7,573 nucleotides of DNA from an uncultured Gammaproteobacteria bacterium (GTDB lineage: Bacteria > Patescibacteriota > Microgenomatia > Daviesbacterales > UBA10151), in assembly GCA_964522265.1 (NCBI GenBank), contig CAZFVS010000014.1, positions 1 through 7,573 on the forward strand, written 5' to 3'. This document shows, piece after piece, positions 1 through 5,341 of this stretch (position 1 is the stretch's first letter; each line of letters opens with the position of its first letter). Position numbers and translations under genes: made by a program. The notes beneath the pieces are model-generated. The model made no database searches and had not been told where the DNA came from. It saw only the letters and a program-made list of their open reading frames with translations.

Positions 1-2
1 CT

Positions 3-437
3 ATGAATAATTGCTATCTGGATGCGAACCTGTTGGTTTATCTGGAAGACTTGAACTCACCTTTCAATCAGCAAGCGCGGACTCTGATTAAGAAACTGGT
101 GGATAAGGGATATCAGTTAGTTATTACAGCACTGTGTTTAGATGAATACTTCCATGCGGTTTTGAGATTATCCACCAAACCTAAAGAAGGCAAATTAGCA
201 GACCTGAAATTAAGTTTAGCGGCAATACTTAAAATACCCGGAATTAAGCTGGTAAATCCGCCGTTACGCCCGAGGACTCATATGAAAGTAGTGAACCTGA
301 TGGTTGAATATAATTTAAGACCCAGGGATGCATACCATCTTTTTATAGCGCTTGAGAATAAAGTTAGGTTTTTTGCAACCTTTGATCATGATTTTGAAGC
401 TGTATTTAAAAGAGGTTTAGTGAGGAAATTTAACTAA
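3..437 (+). CDS. PIN-domain ribonuclease, VapC-like type II toxin
   Basis: 144-aa ORF of typical VapC size. The conserved PIN acidic positions are present in the expected order: Asp7 (YLDANLL), Glu48 (CLDEYF), Asp109 (RPRDAYHL) and Asp128/Asp130 (TFDHDF). Only 2 nt lie upstream in the window, so a cognate antitoxin gene, normally 5' of vapC, cannot be seen. Confidence 0.8.
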   Translation: MNNCYLDANLLVYLEDLNSPFNQQARTLIKKLVDKGYQLVITALCLDEYFHAVLRLSTKPKEGKLADLKLSLAAILKIPGIKLVNPPLRPRTHMKVVNLMVEYNLRPRDAYHLFIALENKVRFFATFDHDFEAVFKRGLVRKFN

Positions 438-537
438 GCAACTTTTTAGCAGAACAGATGGCTGAAGAGTTAAGGAATCCGGGGTGAGCCTGGCAATCGG
501 GGATACCTCGGAGGTGGGTTTGGCTGTGTTTTGACTA

Positions 538-546
538 TGGTATACT
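538..546 (+). promoter_or_regulatory. Putative extended -10 promoter element (TGgTATACT) for hicB, 6 nt upstream of the ATG
   Basis: TG at 538-539, one spacer base, then TATACT at 541-546. The start codon is at 553 and no Shine-Dalgarno lies between. This geometry fits a leaderless transcript. Sequence inspection only. Confidence 0.3.
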
Positions 547-552
547 TACTTC

Positions 553-801
553 ATGCTTAAGAAGCTTTTAAAATATACCATTATTTATACTGAAGAGCCT
601 GAAGGAGGGTTTACTGTGACTGTGCCTGCTTTAACTGGCTGCATAACTTATGGAAAAAATTTAAGAGAGGCAGAAAAAATGGCCAAGGATGCCATAAAAT
701 TATATATTGAAAGCCTCAAAGCTCACCAGGAATCTATTCCCCAGGATACAAAATCTTTTGTGGGATCAATTGACTTGGAGTTCCCCTTGATGCATGCCTA
801 A
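553..801 (+). CDS. hicB: HicB-family (UPF0150) antitoxin, short form without a DNA-binding domain
   Basis: 82-aa ORF. YTIIYTEEPEGGFTVTVPALTGCITYGKNLREAEKMAKDAIKLYIESL matches the HicB/UPF0150 N-terminal fold signature (E..gGy.v.vP.l.Gc.t.G.t.eEA..n.k.Ai..yle). No RHH or HTH C-terminal extension is present. Confidence 0.8.
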   Translation: MLKKLLKYTIIYTEEPEGGFTVTVPALTGCITYGKNLREAEKMAKDAIKLYIESLKAHQESIPQDTKSFVGSIDLEFPLMHA

Positions 802-877
802 AACCTATACCCCTAAACAGGTTATTACAAATCTTAGAGAATCAAAGATTGCTAAAGAAGAATTTGAAAAACTTTAA
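794..877 (+). pseudogene. 27-codon ORF coupled to hicB by an 8-nt overlap; possible core-deleted HicA toxin remnant
   Basis: ATG at 794 overlaps the hicB stop (ATGCATGCCTAA). It translates to MPKTYTPKQVITNLRESKIAKEEFEKL*. The N-terminal part resembles HicA/YcfA N-termini (MPKLP..S.KEvIkaLEk) and the end resembles HicA C-termini (..gls.EEF..LL). The roughly 40 residues that normally carry the catalytic core are absent. The ORF is too short for a firm call. Confidence 0.3.
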
Positions 878-1782
878 ACCACCATCTTTTTTACTTCCCT
901 CATCTCTTTTTGGAATGTGATAAACCCTGATTTTTCCAGAATCCAAAATATCAGCCAAATGATAGGCGGGAGAAAGAGTGACAAGGTCCATTCATTGAAG
1001 AAAAGTATTAAAAACAGGGTTATAGCAATGATTGCCGGAATCCCGGGTATGAAAGGCGTAATCAGCTTTTGTATCTGGTCTTTGATAAGTGAAGCCGCAG
1101 GGTTTGCTGCTGTTTGACTGGTTTGGTCTAAAATTTTAGGGTCGATGCCGTATTGTTTTAAGAGTTCAGGCTGTTGTTTCAAGAGATCTATTTGCTCCTG
1201 GGTTAACTGAGGAAGTTGAGCTATATTCTCACCACCCCCAACACCAGATGAAGGGATTATTTTCAGTACAGAATCTATCAAAGAGTCAGGAATTTTAAAG
1301 CCATTTTTTTGGACCTCGACATTTAGCGCCAGGTAAGATGCGAAAGAGATTACCAGAATCATAAAAATAGTTAAATTTTTTATGGATGGTATAAGGATAA
1401 TAGCTGGTTGGAAGGTCAGGTAATTTTTTAATTTTCCAGAAAGCATAGGATAGGTAATAAATACTCCTGTCAGAAAACCTCCTGTTAAGACATAACTTAA
1501 GGGGGTTGGGATAAAAAACAGGGGGTAGAGCGAGCCTAGCAGGGCAACCGGGACTATCAGACTCAGGTTTTGTGCCAGGCTGACAAATACCACAAAAAAA
1601 AGGTTACCCAGGAGTAAAACTGCAATCAGTATAAAAAGCTGTATTGATAAACCTATCAAGCCTTGTAAATCAGTTGGAAGCAGCGTTAAAGGTGATTTCA
1701 GCAGGGGAGCCAGAAGATAGTTGGTTAATGCAAAAAGGATCAAAAAAACAGGTGCAAATGTAAGTTTTTTAATATATGCCAT
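874..1782 (-). CDS. Polytopic integral membrane protein of unknown function
   Basis: 302-aa ORF with several long hydrophobic segments at both ends. A central polar, Q-rich loop sits between them (QLPQLTQEQIDLLKQQPELLKQYGIDPKILDQ). I recognise no family motif. The ATG at 1782-1780 is preceded on the minus strand by TACAAT (1793-1788). Confidence 0.7.
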   Translation of the reverse strand: MAYIKKLTFAPVFLILFALTNYLLAPLLKSPLTLLPTDLQGLIGLSIQLFILIAVLLLGNLFFVVFVSLAQNLSLIVPVALLGSLYPLFFIPTPLSYVLTGGFLTGVFITYPMLSGKLKNYLTFQPAIILIPSIKNLTIFMILVISFASYLALNVEVQKNGFKIPDSLIDSVLKIIPSSGVGGGENIAQLPQLTQEQIDLLKQQPELLKQYGIDPKILDQTSQTAANPAASLIKDQIQKLITPFIPGIPAIIAITLFLILFFNEWTLSLFLPPIIWLIFWILEKSGFITFQKEMREVKKMVV

Positions 1783-1787
1783 AATTT

Positions 1788-1797
1788 ATTGTATACT
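1788..1797. promoter_or_regulatory. Putative overlapping divergent -10 elements centred on the GTATAC palindrome
   Basis: On the plus strand, TATACT lies at 1792-1797, immediately preceded by TG, 23 nt upstream of the ATG at 1821. On the minus strand, TACAAT lies at 1793-1788, 5 nt upstream of the ATG at 1782. Both share the palindrome GTATAC (1791-1796) within a 38-bp divergent intergenic region. Confidence 0.3.
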
Positions 1798-1820
1798 TAA
1801 GAATTGGAAAGTAGCAACTG

Positions 1821-2636
1821 ATGAAAACATTGATAACACATATCAACCCGCATCTTGATGATATAGCAGCGATATGGCTTTTTAAAAAGTTCCACCCTGA
1901 ATTTGAGGATGCGGAGATTGAGTTTGTCTCACAAAGCAGGACTGGTGAATTAGGCAAAGAGACAAAAGAAAGAGTGTTTTTTGGTACAGGTGGAGGAAGA
2001 TATGACGAACATAAGGGTGATATAGGCGAGTCAGCCATGTCTCTGGTTTGGAAAGAGATCAAAAAGAATAATTTGGTTCCGGAAGACGGGTTTGAAATGA
2101 AAGCTTTAGATGAGATGGTCAGATGGAACACCCTTTATGATACAGCCCAAATGCCTCTTGGAGAATTTGATGAATTTTCGGTTGAAAGTTTTATCCGTTC
2201 CGCCAAAAATTCCCTTGAGGACAGCCTGAAAACTGTGGAGCTGGGTTGTGAAATTTTAAATAGGATTTTACCGAATCTGATCAGAAAACAGAATGCTTTA
2301 GCAGATTGGGATAAAAGGATCGAATTCAAAACTATTTGGGGTAGGGGTGTAGCGCTGGAATCAGAAGCGTTTCATAAAACCCTGGCTTATAAGAATGGTT
2401 TTCAGGTGGTTATCCAAAAAAGCCCGAAGACCGGTTTTATAGGCATCACAGCTCCGGGTTTATCTAAAGTAGACCTGAGCCCAATCTATAACAAATTAAA
2501 AATAGTTGAACCGGAAGCTGATTGGTATCTGCATCAAAGCAAAAAAATGGTCCTTTGCGGTACCAGTTCTGCCCCGGATGCAAAATTATCACATCTTTCG
2601 ATAAAAGAATTGATGGGTATTGCAAAAAACATCTAG
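1821..2636 (+). CDS. Distant MYG1/UPF0160-like (DHH-like) metal-dependent hydrolase; family assignment tentative
   Basis: 271-aa ORF. The N-terminus ITHINPHLDDIAAIWLFKKFHPEFEDAEIEF parallels the MYG1 motif THnG.FHcDEalA..LL...pey.dAEI. GTGGGRYDEHKG parallels VGGeYD...RYDHHQ. A weak GGAAAG lies 10 nt upstream of the ATG. The CDS call is solid; the function is tentative. Confidence 0.55.
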   Translation: MKTLITHINPHLDDIAAIWLFKKFHPEFEDAEIEFVSQSRTGELGKETKERVFFGTGGGRYDEHKGDIGESAMSLVWKEIKKNNLVPEDGFEMKALDEMVRWNTLYDTAQMPLGEFDEFSVESFIRSAKNSLEDSLKTVELGCEILNRILPNLIRKQNALADWDKRIEFKTIWGRGVALESEAFHKTLAYKNGFQVVIQKSPKTGFIGITAPGLSKVDLSPIYNKLKIVEPEADWYLHQSKKMVLCGTSSAPDAKLSHLSIKELMGIAKNI

Positions 2637-2665
2637 TTGTGTTATGCCAAAATCAGTAACCAAAA

Positions 2666-2914
2666 GTGGCTGAGCGCGAATGGGAAGAATGGTGTGGTGA
2701 TCCGCCTCCCCATCTACCCGGTGAGTATATCAAAGATCAGGCTGAACGAGGGTTTCATTACCCGGGTGACCATTTAAAAAATTTTGACCCTCTAAAATCT
2801 ACTTATGACCGGGAAATTTTGAGTTTACTGGGTATCTCATTTTTGGCCGGATTAGCTCTGGCTCTGGCAGTAGACAGATATTGGCAAAAACACCAAAAAA
2901 ATTATGAAGGTTAG
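2666..2914 (+). CDS. Small hypothetical protein with a C-terminal transmembrane anchor (GTG start)
   Basis: 82 codons with no internal Met, so the only available start is GTG at 2666. It has an acidic, Pro-rich N-terminal part and one hydrophobic helix (ILSLLGISFLAGLALALAV) followed by basic residues. It overlaps the next gene by 11 nt. No recognisable family. Confidence 0.45.
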   Translation: MAEREWEEWCGDPPPHLPGEYIKDQAERGFHYPGDHLKNFDPLKSTYDREILSLLGISFLAGLALALAVDRYWQKHQKNYEG

Positions 2915-3536
2915 GAAATATCCCCAGTCGCATCTGTTAATCACAAATGGTTCCCAAAGTTTGATAATTGATCCTGGGAATATCACTTTTAGCAAAGGTT
3001 TTAAAGTTGAGCAGTTTCAGGGCGCTGACGGTTACCTGATTACCCACCAGCACGAAGACCATTTGGGATCGAAAACAATCAAAGAGGTTGCAAAGAACAG
3101 ACCAGTTTATGGGAATGCAGATGTGGTGGGGAAATTAGGGGGATTGGGGATATCGGGGATAGTAGTTGCTGATAGGGAAAAATTTAGGGTAGGGGAATTT
3201 GAGATAGAGGCTGTGGATTTGCCCCATTGCAAAATGCAGGATGGTTCAGATGGCCCTCCTAATACGGGATTTTTGATTAGCGGTGTTTTATTTCATCCTG
3301 GAGATGGTGATCAGGCTCCAGGTGGGGTGGTTTCCCCGAATGCAGCCCTGCCTATCGCCGGGCCGTCAATCACGATGGAAGGAGCCCTCAAATTTGCTAA
3401 AGATTTAAAGGCAAAAGTGATTATCCCGATCCACTATGACTTTTTCAAAAACGACCCTGAAGAATTTGCCAAAATGGCTCAGGCTGAAGGTATAGAAGTG
3501 CGGGTGCTTGCTGTAGGTGATGAGACTGTAGTCTGA
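2904..3536 (+). CDS. Metallo-beta-lactamase-fold hydrolase
   Basis: 210-aa ORF with the canonical HxHxDH motif (ITHQHEDHLG). Downstream ligand-like His/Asp occur in FHPGDGD and IPIHYDFF. The size and layout fit small stand-alone MBL-fold proteins. Substrate unknown. Confidence 0.85.
   Translation: MKVRKYPQSHLLITNGSQSLIIDPGNITFSKGFKVEQFQGADGYLITHQHEDHLGSKTIKEVAKNRPVYGNADVVGKLGGLGISGIVVADREKFRVGEFEIEAVDLPHCKMQDGSDGPPNTGFLISGVLFHPGDGDQAPGGVVSPNAALPIAGPSITMEGALKFAKDLKAKVIIPIHYDFFKNDPEEFAKMAQAEGIEVRVLAVGDETVV
3128..3158 (+). other. Canonical G-quadruplex motif on the sense strand of the MBL gene
   Basis: GGGG(3128-3131) AAATTA GGGGG(3138-3142) ATT GGGG(3146-3149) ATATC GGGG(3155-3158). That is four runs of at least 4 G with loops of 6, 3 and 5 nt. 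It encodes VGKLGGLGISG, mostly with GGG Gly codons. Further G runs occur at 3175-3177, 3187-3189 and 3192-3195. Confidence 0.6.
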
Positions 3537-3562
3537 TACTGGAAGTTTTCTTTGCGTTGGCA

Positions 3563-3568
3563 TATTAT
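3563..3568 (+). promoter_or_regulatory. Putative -10 hexamer TATTAT, 7 nt upstream of the ATG at 3576
   Basis: TATTAT lies at 3563-3568 within TTGGCATATTATTG. There is no SD before the ATG at 3576. Inspection only, and AT-rich sequence yields such hexamers by chance. Confidence 0.25.
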
Positions 3569-3575
3569 TGCCTTA

Positions 3576-4247
3576 ATGGCTGAAAGGCAGAGACAACAAA
3601 TTGACCCTGAGGCAGAACGTCAGGTTGCGGTACAAAACGAGCTGGCATTTTTGGATTATTGGCAGAGGGAAGCGCAATATAGGGAAATTGAACCCGCAAA
3701 ATTTCCCCACCTTGACAAATTCGAAGTAGCCCTGGCCCGGTTTTCCACCGCCGATAACTATGCAAATAATGTGCAAATCATCAGGCATATGGTTGTAAAT
3801 CCCGAAGTACAAACAAAACTGGATATTTTAACAACCAGTCTTTATCGGGAAAGTGAGGAGAGATTAAATCAGGATTTAGGTGATATGCCAGGCGAGCCAG
3901 ATTTAGAGCTTATCCGGCGCAGGGCAGCACTGGTTATTTCTTCAGATTTCAACTCTTCTTTGGACCGGGCGATCAGGGATGGTGATGAAAAGCGCATTGA
4001 CAGAAGCAATTTCCCGGGGTTGAGGGCCATGGATGATAGGCAGATCCTGCATTATAAGTTGGAAGCTATGGATAATTTAATCACTTTTCTTGAAAAAATG
4101 GAGAAAGAGTGCAGGCCGGAACATGTGGGGTTTAATGAAAAAGAAAAGAGCGAAAGCACAACAATCAGGGAAAGATTTGAAAAAGATTTAAAAAAAGCCC
4201 GGCAAAGACGTTTGGAACTTGCAAAGCAGTACTATGAATTGGAATGA
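3576..4247 (+). CDS. Hypothetical charged, probably alpha-helical cytoplasmic protein with no recognisable domain
   Basis: The ORF is open from a TTG at 3552, but I prefer the ATG at 3576 (MAERQRQQ...), giving 223 aa. It is rich in E/R/K/D with no hydrophobic segment, and the C-terminus looks coiled-coil-like (RERFEKDLKKARQRRLELAKQYYELE). Its stop overlaps the GT4 start (ATGA at 4244-4247). Confidence 0.7.
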   Translation: MAERQRQQIDPEAERQVAVQNELAFLDYWQREAQYREIEPAKFPHLDKFEVALARFSTADNYANNVQIIRHMVVNPEVQTKLDILTTSLYRESEERLNQDLGDMPGEPDLELIRRRAALVISSDFNSSLDRAIRDGDEKRIDRSNFPGLRAMDDRQILHYKLEAMDNLITFLEKMEKECRPEHVGFNEKEKSESTTIRERFEKDLKKARQRRLELAKQYYELE

Positions 4248-5341
4248 AAGTAGCTCTTGTCCATGACTATTTGTGCGAATACGGCGGGGCAGAAAGAGTG
4301 CTGGAAGTTTTGCATGAGATCTTTCCTGAAGCGCCTCTCTACACGGCATACTATAACCCTGATGCCTTAGGGGAAAATGGCAAAAGGTTTAAGGATTGGG
4401 ATATAAGGACTTCCTGGTTTCAGCATCTTCCTTTTGCGGATAAGCTCTTATCACCTTTCAGGCTTTTTGCTCCAATGATTTTTGAAAGCTTTGATTTAAA
4501 GGAATTTGATTTAATAATTTCCTCTTCTAATATTTATTTTGCCAAAGCAGTTATAACTAAGCCGGAGAGCTTACATATTAGTTATATTCATACTCCGCCA
4601 AGGTATTTATATGGGTATACAACCTCATTTAATTATAAAAAGCACTGGTGGACAAAAATTGCCGGGGAGTTAATAAACCATATTTTAAGAATTTATGATT
4701 TTGAAACTAGTCAGAGGCCGGATATTTTAGTGGCCAATTCAAAAAATATTGCAGCAAGAATTAAAAAATTTTACAGAAGAGATTCAGTGGTTATTTATCC
4801 GCCTATAGAACTCAAAAGAATCAAGAATCAAGAATCAAGAATCAAGAAAAAAGATTATTTTCTTTCGCTGGGAAGGCTGGTCAGGGGGAAGGGGGCAGAG
4901 GTGATTGTGGAAGCTGCCACGAAGCTCAATCTGCCATTGAAAGTTGCAGGCGCAGGTCCCCAACTGGAGAATTTAAAGAAATTGGCCGGGGAGAGCGTGG
5001 AATTTTTGGGTTGGGTGTCCGATGAAGACAGGGTTAGGCTCATGGAGGGTGCAAAAGCCTTGATTGTAGCCTCAGAGGATGAGGATTTTGGGATTACGCC
5101 GGTTGAAGCCCAAGCCTTAGGAACTCCGGTTATAGCACCTGCTTCGGGTGGTTTTTTGGAAACTGTTTTAGACGGAAAGACCGGAGTGCTTTATGGTGGA
5201 CCGGGAGAAGTCTCGGTGGGCAGTTTAGTGAAAGTCTTGGATAGTTTTAACCCGGATCATTACAAAGCTGCAGATTGTGTCCAACAGGCAAAAAATTTTT
5301 CAAAAGAGAAATTTATAGAAGAGATTTTAAAGCTCGGTTAA
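4244..5341 (+). CDS. Family 4 (GT-B fold, group 1) glycosyltransferase
   Basis: 365-aa ORF. The N-terminus MKVALVHDYLCEYGGAERVL is typical of GT4. The C-terminal domain carries GRLVRGKG and the EX7E motif (EDFGITPVE) followed by ALGTPVIA. Confidence 0.9.
   Translation: MKVALVHDYLCEYGGAERVLEVLHEIFPEAPLYTAYYNPDALGENGKRFKDWDIRTSWFQHLPFADKLLSPFRLFAPMIFESFDLKEFDLIISSSNIYFAKAVITKPESLHISYIHTPPRYLYGYTTSFNYKKHWWTKIAGELINHILRIYDFETSQRPDILVANSKNIAARIKKFYRRDSVVIYPPIELKRIKNQESRIKKKDYFLSLGRLVRGKGAEVIVEAATKLNLPLKVAGAGPQLENLKKLAGESVEFLGWVSDEDRVRLMEGAKALIVASEDEDFGITPVEAQALGTPVIAPASGGFLETVLDGKTGVLYGGPGEVSVGSLVKVLDSFNPDHYKAADCVQQAKNFSKEKFIEEILKLG
4818..4848 (+). repeat. Perfect tandem heptanucleotide repeat (GAATCAA)x4 plus partial GAA inside the GT4 CDS
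   Basis: Units lie at 4818-4824, 4825-4831, 4832-4838 and 4839-4845, followed by GAA at 4846-4848. The tract encodes RIKNQESRIKK in the linker between VIYPPIEL and DYFLSLGRL. Confidence 0.95.

Noticed and set aside
438-552. Relatively G+C-rich 115-nt spacer after vapC, checked as a possible small RNA, tRNA fragment, terminator or pseudogene. It contains a 9-codon ORF (458-487, MAEELRNPG*) whose first 9 nt, ATGGCTGAA, match the start of the gene at 3576. They also nearly match the GTGGCTGAG start at 2666.
   Set aside because: I could find only short, imperfect hairpins, for example CGGGG-ATA-CCTCG around 498-510. There is no T-loop or anticodon-arm pattern and no stem followed by a proper U-tract. 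Reading through the TGA or shifting frame gives no recognisable protein. An MAE start shared by three ORFs can easily be coincidence. It may deserve a covariance-model scan, but nothing is supportable by eye.
917-1117. 66-aa plus-strand ORF from the six-frame track
   Set aside because: It lies entirely antisense inside the 302-aa membrane-protein gene and has no recognisable motif. It is most simply a shadow ORF. The same reasoning applies to the other embedded antisense ORFs: 1769-2131(-), 2135-2329(-), 3565-3765(-), 3573-3812(-), 4855-5043(-), 5275-5496(+), 5800-6099(+) and 7052-7354(-). All are opposite longer ORFs that carry clear family signatures or coherent membrane or charged-protein character.
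3552-3575. TTG start at 3552 for the hypothetical protein, and likewise the TTG start at 6557 for the MFS gene
   Set aside because: In both cases an in-frame ATG lies a few codons downstream (3576 and 6542). Each ATG gives a more natural N-terminus and sits 7 nt after a -10-like hexamer. The TTG extensions (MRWHIIAL and MIIGD) would run through those putative promoter elements. This is not proven, and N-terminal proteomics or TSS mapping would decide it.
4490-4514. 10-bp direct repeat TTTGATTTAA (4490-4499 and 4505-4514) in the GT4 gene
   Set aside because: The 15-nt in-frame offset simply encodes FDLKEFDL, a tiny peptide duplication in an AT-rich stretch. It is too short and too ordinary to attach significance to.
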